From assembly GCF_009914755.1 (NCBI RefSeq), contig NC_060930.1: a stretch of DNA of 64,000 nucleotides. The stretch is one strand, 5' to 3'. Below, piece after piece: positions 11,841-26,784 of the stretch. Each line of letters begins with the position of its first letter. The stretch's first letter is position 1. The position numbers and the translations under genes are program-made. The notes below the pieces were generated by a model, which was not told where the DNA came from, made no database searches, and saw only the letters and a list, made by a program, of their open reading frames with translations. Origin of the DNA: the human T2T-CHM13v2.0 reference genome, Homo sapiens.

Positions 11841-14343
11841 TTCATATGCTGAAGCAAATTCTAGTTGAAAAAGGAAATATCTTCATATTTGGCTTTCAAT
11901 AAAAATGTTAATATATTAAAATTATAACCAAGTTCTATTGATATTTCTCCTGCATTCCACCTCTGATAATAAATAAACTCATCCTTCGGGCACTCTCTGA
12001 GTTGGATGCTCCCGGTATATCTAATGCCTGGATATTATCAGACATTCTCAGATAATATGTGGTTGGGGATAGAGGGAAAACATTAAAAATGGTAATAATA
12101 TAAGGTAGCATATGTTAAGAGTGAAATGAATGGTTAATGAATAAATAGAGAAAACCTTATTCTGGGTGCTGAATCACTGAGGAAATTACAAAGAACTAAG
12201 TCCTCATGCTTTTTGCTTTTTAAAATTTGTTTTCCTATCTGTCCCTTTTTTTTTTTCCCCTTACCAATCTCCTACTTCATTTTCTTTCTGAGTTATTTCA
12301 AATGTCTCCTTGGGTATTATCCTGACCAGTAATCCACCCTGCATATTATCACCAAATGAGTCATTCATAGACTGCTTTGGCCATAGACTATGATCTCCAC
12401 CTTCTTTACTCTATTTAAGGTAGTTGGAAACCTGGCCTGGCGATGGCACTCATTCTCATTTAACTTGCTCCATTCAAAAGAAAGTGCTAACTTTCTTTTA
12501 CGCCTTTATTGCAAAAAAGAATGAGAGAAAAGAGTAATCTTGAAAAATATAATTTAGTGAGAAAGAGCTGACAACCCTTGCAGTATTATACTGTACTTGA
12601 ATTCACAAACGCTGAGCATGTGCTTTGCATGGTTTATAAATAGACTTTGGCAAGCTTTGAACTGCCCACACTGTGTTCTGAGCTTTGAGCAAAGCTCTGC
12701 TGGCATGCTGAACCAACTTAAGTTCTAATGTGAGTTATAAAAACACAAGGATGACTGGCTCCATTTGGAGCATTGTGTTAGCCAAGCAGGTAAAATAAAT
12801 TCATGGTTAGACCTCCCCTCCCACAGCATCCCTTTCATTCCTCAGAAGATAATTCTGATATCTCTTCTTAACCAGAGCAGACAATGCAACTATTCCTCTT
12901 TACAGATACGATGTTTTATAAGTTAAAAGAACAAAATGAACAAAAAGAACACAACATTCATTTTATTGTTAGTCATCTACCAGAAAGTGGTAACATTGGG
13001 GATGGAGATAAAAATCTGGAGTCACATTTTCATAGACTTACACATTAGTGACATTGTTTAGACACTTACCATGTGCATTATTTTTTCTAAAAAGCATTCC
13101 TGGTAATGTGGGACCATCTTACATATTTTAATATTAGGTACCATACTCTTTCCATGGCTATATATGCATACAGATCGTTAAACTCAACATGAAAGAACCC
13201 ATATTTCACCTCTGATGGTACCATCATCTTTTACCATTTCATGTCCTCATCTTTGGTAATGCCAAACTTGTTCAGAACTTGTTGATGGAATGCAAATTCT
13301 TCACCAAATGCTTTTGAATGGAGTGCCTAATATGTGTCTGGTACTGTTTTACCAACTGGATGTTTTAATTCTGGGGGCATTAATAAGACATGGAATTTTG
13401 TACACATAATACAGAGCTGGTATGGCAAAGTGAGTGGGAGTGACCTAAAATGTAACATGTAAGGCCAAGCCAATGAGGTTTTGGGGGAACAGAGTTGCCT
13501 GTAACCACTGCCTGTTGACATCAGAGCTACAGAGGGGAGGAAGACAGTGAACAAAGGGCACTGCATTCTCAGGGCAGCAAAACAGCTGCAGGGGCTCAAG
13601 ATGGGGCAGCAGGGATCTCAACAGGTGAATGGAGCTCTGCAATGGGAAATACAGAGTACATGCTTAAATATCAGTGGCGCAAGGATCAGTATCAGGCCAG
13701 ATTGCCAGACTTTAAAGACAGAATGCAGACACTAGACTAGAAATTGACATAGGAAATTATAATACTGACTAGAGCTAAAAGTGCACAAAGAGAACATTTG
13801 GATTTTTGTGTGCATGTTCCATAATTTGTCTGGACTAAAATATCGAGCTAATTCCAAAGCAAGTAATAGCATGTGCTAATTATTTTCTTAGTCACTAACT
13901 TTATTGAATGAATGATTTTCCAAACTTGGATATGAACCACTTTTAATATCTTGGGAAAAAGTATCTGAATGCTATTCTGATCTCAAGTCTGGTTTTAGGG
14001 TTTATTGTAGTAGCCATTTAGATAAAATATCTGTGGTACGGTTCATTTGGATTAAGAACACATCAGAATCAGATCCTTTCATTCAAAAATATTTGTTTAC
14101 AGGATAGATCTTCAGTAAAGAGAATGCAGCCTGAATCATTCAAATATATTTATGAGAAAGAATATAACTTACCTGAGTAATTCCTGGCCAGTCATAAAAT
14201 GCTGAGGAGAGAAGTTCAGAAGAAAAGAGGGAGGGTGGGGAAGGAAGAGGGAAGCCAGACAGGAAAGGGGAGAGGAAATGAAATAACTGAAACCGATCAA
14301 CTGCTTTGTTTCAAAGGTGAACTTAAAGATTAAAAACATTTTC

Positions 14344-15076
<733 letters not shown>

Positions 15077-15624
15077 TTATGTAATTCAAACAGATGAATT
15101 CTTCCCTACTTTTTTGTTAATATTGTTCCTAAAAATGTTTGCAATGACTCTTGCAAATATTTGCATATACCCCAAACATACTACTGTAAATTAATTTTTA
15201 GAACCAGTTAATACATTTCTCTCTGTTTAAATATATACTTATATGTGTATCATATAATATATATGTATGCCATATGCCATATTATAGTCTCTTATTGTAG
15301 TACATCCCCTAGGTTTGAAATAATAAATCTGCATGTTCATATCTCAAATATTATTGCCCTTTTTATGTATTATTTTATACTAATTCATGCAAAGTGCCTA
15401 CTTTATTTGGCAATAACAAAGTTATTAACATAATAAAAATAAAGACACAGATCTGTATGTTTCTATTGCTAACTCCAACCATTTGTTTCCTTGAAGGAAA
15501 TTTGTAATTTAGTGTCCATCAGCATATGAAATTTTAGTTTTGACAGTCTGGTATGGTTATATCAGGGTGACAATGGTACAAGATTCAGAGCTGGTTTTTG
15601 CTACTATATCTTTTTTAAGCCATC

Positions 15625-15840
15625 TGAACCACTTGGTCAATCTATCACTAACCTTGTCAATTCCCCCTGCTTCTTATATCTATTCATTCTTCTCATTTCT
15701 ACTGTCACTTTTTGAGACAGGCCCTTGTCATTTCACTGTAGGATTCCTGTGACAGACTTCTAACTAGTCCTCTGTCTCTGACTTGCCCTGCTCATTCATC
15801 CTTACAGCACAAAAAAGTTAATCTGTACAAAATGCTGTTG
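15625..15840 (+). mobile_element. L2 fragment
   Basis: CAATCTATCACTAACCTTGTCAATTC...GACTTCTAACTAGTCCTC resembles the L2 3' region. Confidence 0.6.
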
Positions 15841-16221
15841 TTATGCTATTTGCGTAGGGTTTGCTTTAAACAGTACTTATGTCTATATACCATAAAAGCC
15901 TCACCGTGTTTGAGGAGGAAATTGAAGTTCTCAGGAGAGGAGCGATGGTTGAGAAGACTTGAGAAATGAGATGCACTTTCTATAGCGTCTTTAGAACCAG
16001 AATTTACACAGGAACATATATCCTAAGGAAAAGCAACAAGAGCAAGGTTTCAACACTCATGGCTTTTTCAAGCAATGGTGAGCAAACTGAGATTGAGGTC
16101 CCAGCATTTGTGAGAGATAAAATAGTTGAGTGGCTTCAATTTATGTTTTACTGGAAAAAAGCTGGTATGCCAAATTGGAATTTCATTTTATAAGCCTCAG
16201 GGGTTAGGATAAGGGCGAGAT

Positions 16222-16660
16222 GCATTAGTTAGCACTCTTTCAGTTTCTAGTGATAGAAACACACCTCAAATCTAGCTTATGCGGTGCATGTGACATAAAT
16301 GTTTCAGGGTATTACTGCCATTAGGTTATCCTGAGGCAAAATGACTACATGAGAACATTAGACATCAAACTGTCTTTCTCCTTTTCTCTACTCCTCTTTT
16401 CTCTGTGACCCAGTAGAGTTATGCCCTTAGTGCCTGCACTTCTAGTGCTCTTGTCTACTAATTGTTCTAGCAATAGTTCTGGGGTTGCCTCTGATTGGAC
16501 CAGGCAGGATGCTGTACTCTGGTGGTTGTTTGCAGAAACCTGACTCTGGGATTGGGGTCAGGGACATCTCAACCACATGGACTATTAGGGGAGCAACTCT
16601 GGCTCCCTGAAAGAAGAAAGGTCTATTATCAGAAGAGTGGTGTGGCCTGTTGAAGTAAAC
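16222..16660 (-). mobile_element. MLT1 (J/K-like) MaLR LTR
   Basis: ATTAGTTAGCACTCTTTCAGTTTCTAGTGATAGAAACACACCTCAAATCTAGCTTA and CTGATTGGACCAGGC motifs. Confidence 0.6.
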
Positions 16661-16751
16661 AAAAGTAATTTCATTTTAGGTTTCTCAGCTGAATGCTGTG
16701 AATGAAATAGCTTTTGTGACTGACCTAAGGAAATTTAGCCATTTAGTAATA

Positions 16752-17098
16752 CAGTCATACATTACTTAAGGACAGGAGTACATTCTGAGAAATGCATCCT
16801 TAAGCAATTTTGTCATTGTGCAAACATCATACAGTGTACTTACAAAAACCTCAATGGAATTGCCTACTACACACCTAGGCTATATGGTATGGCCTAGTGC
16901 TACCAGGCTACAGATCTGTACAGCATGTTACTGTGCTGAATATTGTAGGAAATTGTAGCACAAATGTAAGTATTTGTGTATCTAAACATATCTAAACATA
17001 GACAAGGTGCAATACAAATACGGTATTATAGTCTATGGGACCACCTTTATATATGAGGTCCCTCATTGACCAAAACATCTTTATGTGGCACATAACTG
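16752..17098 (+). mobile_element. Tigger3a (MER7A) non-autonomous TcMar DNA transposon, complete
   Basis: CAGTCAT...ATAACTG termini flanked by TA at 16750-51 and 17099-100; internal GCCTACTACACACCTAGGCTATATGG. Confidence 0.9.
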
Positions 17099-19062
17099 TA
17101 GTTAGATTCTTCTGATACATTTCTCTAGCCTCCAGTGGTCAGAGATAAGTAGATTTTATGTCCCCAACTCCACAATGTTGAGATTGCCACCAATGAGTGT
17201 GTACAGTGAAAGCAACACCCATCCTAAATTTTGCTAAAGTATGAATATTTTTGTCAAGTCATCACAAAATTTTCATGCAGTCTCTTCTCATAGCTCAGGG
17301 ATGGCTAAACTTTCTGCTCACAGGCTAGTGTTTTATACTGAAAATTTGCTCTGAACCAAATGCAGCAACATTCTTAAGGCAGGATTAAGGGAACTTCTAG
17401 TTGGGTCAGGTGTCAAAGTCATTGTTGAAGTAGAAGGATGTACAGTGGGGTGCTAGACCTCAACCCTACACTAATGTTATTACATGCGGATCTCCCAAAT
17501 CATTTTAACCAACGACTTACATTGAACACCACTGATTTCGCCAATAAAATATGATACTTTGCATCCCTTAGACTCACTGGTGCACATTTTAATAATGATA
17601 TTTGAAGTAATTAGTTTATTATCCTAGGATTTATTCCTTTTCAGGAATGTGTCCATTTCACTGAGCCGCACTCTATGCTGCCAATTGCATGATCTCATGG
17701 TTCCTTGAGTTTTGGGGTTACAGGCAAAAAGGCAAAGAAGTGAGCAAGGGGATAACAGATCAAAAGTGAGTTGTGCAGCTGATAATTCAGCAAAGAACAA
17801 AGAGACAATGGCATGGGACCGTGTCCTGTTTAGAGCCTACAGCTACTGTCTCTTGCTGGCCTTGCTGACCCAGTGATGACCGAGGAGGAGTCAGGCCAGG
17901 GCAGAGTACATGGCCAGGGTAAAGAATACTAGGTTTTGTTGTTTGTTTAAACCTGAGCTCTCCAATCGCGCTGCTTTGGTCAGATACTTCCAGTGGTGTC
18001 ACAAAGGGAAATGTGATCTTTTGTCTTGCCTTTCCTCCTCTGCCTGCCAGGGAAAAATATATTTACATATGTTAGTTTTTATTTTCCTAGCAACGAAAGA
18101 GTAGAACTATTTTACAAACCAAACACAATGTAAACACTTTTGTTCAGGGGGAACCAGATAATCATAGGTCATGACTTCTTTAGTAAAAACAGAACTGTAT
18201 ATTATGTACAACTCATTAGTCATGAGTTCCATAAGTATGTGCAAGTGCTATGCATCTTTTATTCCCTAAAGAACTCAGTCTTACCCAGAGCACCCTTGGT
18301 AGAAAGGAAATGGCATGTGTGAAGCAGCTCCAGAGAATCAGAACTAATGCCATTGTGAGGCCTCCGAGAAGACCAGCCTTGAGGCAGTAAGTTAAAATTA
18401 GCAGGGACTTTGGCAACAGGTGTTTGTTTAGATGCGTGTTTATGAAAATCCTTGCTGATCTTCTTGCTTCTAAAGGAAATGTTCAATGACTAGAATATGG
18501 GTCAAGCTTTAACCCTCCTGTTTGTCATCGTGATAAGTGACTCTGATAAAGGGCTGTCTTGGCGACAGGCAACACAATAAAACTGACACTTGACCAGCCA
18601 TATCAAGTAAACTTGTTAATGCAGCCTAGATGGACAGTAGCATAGTTTTTCCTTCTATAGATGCTTTGAGGGCCTAAACCAATATGTGTAACTGCTAACA
18701 AACAGTACAATTGTGTGTTGCCAGTAGCTGTGACTATTATTGGAGAAAAGGTGATAAACCTCTCATGAGATTTGGGCATGTACTTTAAGACGGTATTCCA
18801 TAAGTCTTTACATTTTATATTACAATTAAAAAGAAATGAAATAGATCACTGGGCTCTATTTGATGTATAAATTAACACTGATCACCATAAATTTACACTG
18901 TACAACTGTAATCCTGAATGTAAAGCTTTGTTCTTTCCCCTCTTGCTGTAATTTGAGGAGCCTGTTCCTCATACTCTACTTTCATTAGGAGGGCTGTCTC
19001 TCTCTCTGTTTGGTCTCTCTCTGTCTGTCTCTATCTTTCTGTTGCTTGCCTTCTCTCTGAAG

Positions 19063-19155
19063 AGGAAGGCTGCCTGATGTAGTCATTTATCTAGCCACCT
19101 TGCTGTGTCATATTTTCAATTGATATTGAGAACTTATGTTTTATGAGCATGAACG
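19063..19155 (+). other. Candidate exon (non-coding or alternative first exon)
   Basis: ~70-nt CT-rich tract ending in GAAG, then 93 nt, then strong donor ACG|GTAAGC; stops in all three frames but ATGs just before the donor. Confidence 0.35.
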
Positions 19156-19667
19156 GTAAGCAGTCATTAGAGCTATCATTGTATTCTAAAGAAGTTGCTA
19201 AGTCTTAGGTAGTCTGCTTTATTGCTTGCCCTACCAAGTATTTAGCATTCCCTTCACAAATACGTGAAAATAATGCTGGGTGGCGGCTTACGATGTGGCA
19301 GCTCCTTGCACTGCATACCCTACAATGTCTTGTCCCCCTCCCTCAGCATTGAGAGCTGCTGAGTGTTCACGTGCCAAATGGGTACTTCTGAGTTTCACTG
19401 TTTATACTTCTATACTTGCCTTCATGCCTCTGAAAACAGAAATCAGTTTCTGGGTACTTCTAGTCACTTTATGTGCAGACTTTCCTAATTCTAAGGCTTA
19501 TTATCTTATTCTTCATAAAATAAATAGGAACATTGTGAATGAATCTAGACAATGCATGGTGCTGAGTAGACTTTAACAATGATTCCTAACGGTTTTTAGA
19601 AAGTGTCCATTTTGTCACCTGCAGTCACCCCATATACATATGAGATTTATGGACAAAGACTCCCATT

Positions 19668-19762
19668 TTATATGCGTATGTATATGTGTATAAAATGTGT
19701 ATATATATTTATGTGTACATAATATATGTATGTATATATGTGTGTGTGTGTATGTATGTATA
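19668..19762. repeat. (TA/TG)-rich simple repeat
   Basis: Seen directly in sequence. Confidence 0.9.
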
Positions 19763-20359
19763 AAATGGGAGCCTTCGTTCATAAATCTTTCACTCTGCTT
19801 TCCTAACAAGATGAGTATTTAAAGTAGCATGATCTTGGTTTGAAATGAATATCTTCAGCCTCTTACAGGGCCCCAAGTCCAAAATCTGTTCCTTTAAAAT
19901 TTTAAGGAAGAGCAATGTCTTTGGTGAGAGACAGACATTTTCCTCTGATCCAGGGTGGACCACTCCCATTTCTAATTGAGAGGTTGCTGTCTGAGAATTG
20001 AAGATATCAAAGGGAATTTGTAATAAGACTTCACTTTCCCCTGAGCACAGATCAAAGTGGCCCCTGGGCATTTTTTAACTGATAAGGGTCTACACTACTC
20101 TTGATACTGGTGGTCAAAGTTATAGAAAGTGTGTAATAGTAACTGCGTGATCATCACTTCACTAGTTCATAGCTATGGACTTGGTGAATTTTTAATCTCT
20201 TTCTTCCATGGATACTTTAACATTGTAGATAACATAATAATTTTGTATGCTTTCATTGCAAATTTACAAGAGGATCTCAGGGACAAATCATTGAGAAAGT
20301 TGAGTGTGTCATACTAGATTCCTTTAGAGTCATATTTATGCCCTAATGTCATAGCTAGG

Positions 20360-20555
20360 AGTGTGACCTGGGCTCAAACACTGGCTTATCAGCTGTGGGT
20401 AAGTACTTAACCTTTCTTTACTGCCATTCTCTCACCTGTAAAATAGAGATAATAGTAGTTTGTATGCAGTGTGGGCTTTTGAAGATTAAATTGTGTGTGT
20501 GTGCATGTGGAAGGTTAGACTGAAACATAATAAGGGCTCAGTCAAATTAGCTACT
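20360..20555 (+). mobile_element. MIR SINE
   Basis: TAAGTACTTAACCTT...CTCACCTGTAAAATAGAGATAATAG...GAAGATTAAAT. Confidence 0.8.
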
Positions 20556-20959
20556 TTGGTTATTGCTGTAGTGGTAACATTTACACATTTACTATCTTAT
20601 GATTCTTCTTATTTTTAGAAACTGTGTGGTGGTGATTTTTAAAAAGGAAAATGGCAAAGACTGGGGTTTTGTTTTCTGTTTTCTTTCTCACAGTTAATTT
20701 CAGCAATGATCAATACAATTTTTCTCTTTACCCTTATATCATTTTTATTGATTTGGCTACTGACAAGTTTTGAAGCAGTAGTCTCTAATCACTATCTCCA
20801 CTTTTTTTTCTTTAACTCTAATTCACTGGTTAAACTCATTTTGACCAGATTCTGCTCATAAGATTCTATAGAAGATGCCCTTACTCTATGTTTTAATATC
20901 CAACTATTTGCGGAATCCAAACAACTTTAGTTCATGACCATTTGGCTTCTTTCTGGCCA

Positions 20960-21810
20960 CTATTAGTAAACTCTTCCTTCTTTTGTTCTCCTTCTGACTC
21001 TCTGAGTCCTCCTTGTTAGTGCTGGAAGGATTCTTTTTCTCCATTCACACCTCACTCTCTATCCTTGATATTTTTTTACATGCCCAACTGTAGTCATCTT
21101 TCATTTCTGTTTTACACATTCTACCTGAGTATCGTCATCCATTCTTTTATTTTGAACTGTCATAAAGTGCATATTCCCGAGTCAGCAATTCCTGTTCTTT
21201 TTTTTTTTTTAGCCTGAGACGCATTTCCAACTGTTAGTCTCTATCTGAATATCATTTATGCAGTACATAGTCAACTTATCCAAAACCTAAATCATTACCT
21301 TCCGTCCTAAAAATTATTTGATAATAATACTTCTTTTATACCTCTGTCTTGGTTAATGGCATCATCATATATTGAGCCTCCCAAACTTGGTTCATCTTTT
21401 ATCCATCACTCTCCAAATGCCTTCACACGTAAAATGTCATTGATTCTTATAGAACAACTTTTTATACGTTATGGCTATATTTCAAATTGGCCTTTTCCTC
21501 TCTTTTTTATTGGCCCTTAGCCAGTAAAGGCCTAAGCCTTTGTAGCTTAGGCCTACATCAAATTTTAATTCAAGAACTGTTGTGCCTTCCTAACTAGTAT
21601 ATTCCTGCCACGAGACCCTTGCCATTCAAGTTCATAATCCATCCTGTTTGCTTCAGGGGATAGTCCTCCATGTTTTTGATCAGTTCACTCCCATGATTAT
21701 GAACATCAATGGGCTTTTCATGATAAATAGGACAGAATTCAAATCTGCAATAAGTCATAGGTCAATCTGAGGTCTTGTTTACCTGTCCAGCTTCATCACC
21801 TACTCTTCCT
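20960..21810 (+). mobile_element. L2 (degenerate)
   Basis: Pyrimidine-rich; CAACTTATCCAAAACCTAAATC, GTTAATGGCATCATCAT and CTTCCTAACTAG motifs. Confidence 0.6.
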
Positions 21811-21834
21811 TGCTTTTCATGTAAACAGTCTATT

Positions 21835-23290
<1,456 letters not shown>

Positions 23291-23383
23291 TGAGGTGACA
23301 TAAGGAGTTAATGAATGAGTTTTCTTTGCAAGTTTCAGTTTTATTTGTAAAGACCATATTTATAATAGGCAGTCGTGATAATC

Positions 23384-23878
23384 TGTGTGGTAAATAGAAT
23401 ACTGGTCCGCAAAAGATGTCTACGACCTAATCCCCAAAATCTGTGCATATGTTACCCTTTATGGCAAAAGAGACTTGCAGATATGATCAGGGTTGTGAAA
23501 CATGAGGGGGAAAGATTATCCAGGTGGGCCCAGTTTAATCACACGTGTCTGTAAATGCAGAAACTCTTTCCCAACTGAGGTCAGAAAGCAATGCAATCAC
23601 AGAAAAAGGGTTAGAGAGATGTGGCCTTTCTGGCTTTGAAAAGGGTAGAAGGTTCACAAGCCAATGAATACAGGTGGCTTTTGGAAGCAGGAAAAAATAA
23701 GGAAATGGATTCTTCCATAGAATCTCCAGAAAGGAATGCAACGGTACCAGCACCTAGGTTTTAGTCTAGGGGTGATTACTGAACTTCTGATCTATAGAAC
23801 TATAGGATAATAAACTTATGTTCTTTAAGCCACTAGGTGTGTAATAATTTGCTGTAGCAGCAACAGGAAACTAATGTA
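23384..23878 (+). mobile_element. MLT1D-like solo LTR
   Basis: TG...AACTAATGTA termini; GATTATCCAGGTGGGCCC and TTTAAGCCACTA motifs; 5-bp TSD TAATC/TAATA. Confidence 0.85.
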
Positions 23879-24119
23879 TAATATACGTATCCCCCTTTAA
23901 ATTCATTGTTCCTTCCATTAAACAAGCAATGTTTTCTTTCATTTGCATTGTTTCTTGTCAATGAGTAATAGAAAGCTTTTCAATGAATATTTATTGTATG
24001 AAAATTGAATAAAAAAGATAAAAACTTAAACAATAGATTCCATGGATATACTACCACCTAGGGATAATGTCCACCTACAAATATATACTTGCATTTGGTT
24101 TTTGATTTTTTAACAAAAC

Positions 24120-24910
24120 AAAAATAACAGTATCTTGACTATACAATATTGTAACTGGCCATTAGTCCTCAGTATGTTGGCAGCATCTTTCTATGTCAAT
24201 ATATATATTTCTACAAAGTAATTTTACAAGTTGTTGTTTTTTTCATTTTATATGTTTATACAAATGTCCTCAATAAGACCTCTAGTCTTGGACATTGACA
24301 GTGTTTCCAGTATGTTCTTGTTCTCAATATATTATGGTATTATAAAAATATCTAAACTCATTGCTTTTACTATCTAGGAGTCTATGCTTTTCTGTTTCTG
24401 CCTCCCTTTCTTTCTTCACAGACTTAGTTTTTCTTTTTACCTAATTAAAAATATTTACTTATTAAAATACTCTTGAAAATAAAGATAAGTATAAATAATA
24501 AAATAATAGTTACCTCATGCTGTTGTTAATATCTTGCTGCCAAACATTTTGGGATTTTTTGCTTTAGTACTTTTATTTACATTAAAAGTTTTAGCATGAT
24601 TGTTTAACAAGCTATCATCAATATTCTTAAAAATCATCTTTTTGAAAGGCTACATATTATTCACCATGTGAACATTTATTACTTGTTTAACGTATCTCCC
24701 TCTAATGGACACATTTTTTCCATTTTTGAGATTATATATTCCTGATATAGTTTTATACATACACTCTTACACACTGTCTCTGATTAGTTTTTATGATGAC
24801 GTTTTTAGGGATGGATGTTCTAATCCAAAGGGATGTGTAATTTGAAGGACATATTACCAAATTGTCTTCAAGGAACTTTAATTCAGATCACAACTAGTAG
24901 AGTGTAAAGG
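24120..24910 (-). mobile_element. L1ME-type fragments
   Basis: GGACATTGACAGTGTTTCCAG, ATGGACACATTTTTTCCATTTTT and ATATTACCAAATTGTCTTC motifs. Confidence 0.55.
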
Positions 24911-24913
24911 GCA

Positions 24914-25125
24914 TGTGCTACTGCCTGTCCAAATACCATTTCTCTCATTTTCTTTGCATATAGAATGCATATTATATTTATATTTCAACAAGTCAAGGAA
25001 AGGGATGCTTTCTCTTTCTTGGGAGTAAATTCTGATTGGTATAAGCCAACCATTATTAATCCCTTTCTCTTTGTGAGTGAATGTCTTAGAGATGGGACCA
25101 TAACTGAGTTCTCACCAAAGCCTCC
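24914..25125 (+). mobile_element. MLT1 (I/J/K-like) LTR fragment
   Basis: CTGATTGGTATAAGCCAACCAT...GATGGGACCATAACTGAGTTCT. Confidence 0.55.
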
Positions 25126-26479
25126 TAAAAATTGTTTCTTTGCTCTTAAAAAGAGATGCAGTAAACTCCTCTTTTCCTCAACTAAATCATATTGATTTTT
25201 CTGATAGTTTCTGTAGGGCTTCTGAATTTTAATTCTTCATTCTCTTAAGTCTTTAGATTGAGCTCTGGCTTCTTAAATCCCATCATCATGAAGTCACACA
25301 GTATGCTTCATGCTTGAAAGTATTTTATTGGATCATTTGATAGTTCATTAAAGAACCACATTTTAAATAGTTCAGCTGAGAACAAAAACACCGTGAGGTG
25401 CTTCAAAGCCGTTCTGTATGTTTAGCACAGCTACTCAGGCCTCTGGTTAGCCATAAAATCATTAGCTATGACTGGGTCATTAGTACTTATAACATCTCCT
25501 TTGATACGTATGCTCATCAGTCCAAGAAGTTCAGTTAGTTTTACTTTATACGCTCATATAAGAGTCAGTATTTGTGAGCTGTTCTAGGATTTCCCTCTCC
25601 TCCTAAGAAAGTACAATTCCAGGTAAACTTAATTATCGCAGTAAGCACACTGAACAGGGTGTTTCCCTATCTGCAGTGACCGGCACTGTGGATTGATGTG
25701 TTACTGAATTTTTCTCCTGGAATACATCTGCCACCCACTCTCCCACATGTACAGTCAGTCTGCATTGCTGTGCCCTGATCTGTGGATTCAGGAATCAATT
25801 TATAGAACAAGATGAAACTTTTTTTTTTAATTCTTCAAAAGTATTTAGATCATTTCCAATTTTTATACTATTTAAACATTATAAGGCAATAGATTTGGGG
25901 AATATTACTTACCATTTTATAAATGGAGTAAAAAGTGCCAATACCAGACCTCTCTTGGCAAAAGTTACATGTGCAAAGAAAACAAAATACACCTTTATAT
26001 TTATTAATGAAAGGGCAAGGAACCACAGGCAGGTTTTGTCATAAAATTTTCAAAAAGAAACCTCTCGAAGAAATTTGGTAAAGCCTCAAGCAGTTGTACT
26101 GTCAAAAACTAGTTAATCATAAATATAATAATTTAAATTGCCATTTTTTATAAAATGCCTTCATATACAATGTTTGTTGTGCTTTCATTAACTTGGCAAT
26201 TTAGTACCTGCTTTCTCCAAAAGCAGTGATCAGTCTTTTCTCAAAATAGATTGAACTGCTGTATGAATTCATGCCAAAGTCCACAATGTTAGTTTGAAGA
26301 AGCTAAAATTTTATTTTTAAGTCAGCTTTGAAATAAAATATATTGCTCAGTTTTCTCCCCTCAAGGAATTTCACTTTCTCTGAGCCTACTACTCTGGACC
26401 ACAGGCCTCTTTTGCACATAAATTAGCCACCCCAACAGTAATAGCAGCAACCACCACTCATCTCTAGGGACAACTTTTT

Positions 26480-26680
26480 GACCATTTATTTTGTTCCAAG
26501 CATAGTTTTAAATCCTTCATAAATATTTTCTCTGAAAGTCCTTATAACAGCTGTGTGAGGTTGTTTTCAATTTTTTTTTTCTATTTTACAAATTAAAAAA
26601 AAATCCAGAGCTTAGAGTTGAATTAGTTTGCCCGCCTAAGGTATGTATTGGAGCTAGCATTTGAATCCAGGTCTGCATTG
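26480..26680 (-). mobile_element. MIR SINE
   Basis: CCTTATAACAGCTGTGTGAGGT...CTATTTTACAAAT...GCATTTGAATCCAGGTCTG. Confidence 0.75.
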
Positions 26681-26784
26681 CTGCAAATGCCCAACACTTG
26701 TGGTAGACTAAGATGACAACCCCAGGATGTCAAGTGCCTTTAAGTTCAAGCCTATCAAAACCTACCTATTCTGTATGTACCCTG

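Noticed and set aside
13213-13226. 14-bp palindrome TGATGGTACCATCA
   Set aside because: Within chance expectation for this window size.
16980-17000. ATCTAAACAT tandem duplication
   Set aside because: Part of the Tigger3a consensus as recalled.
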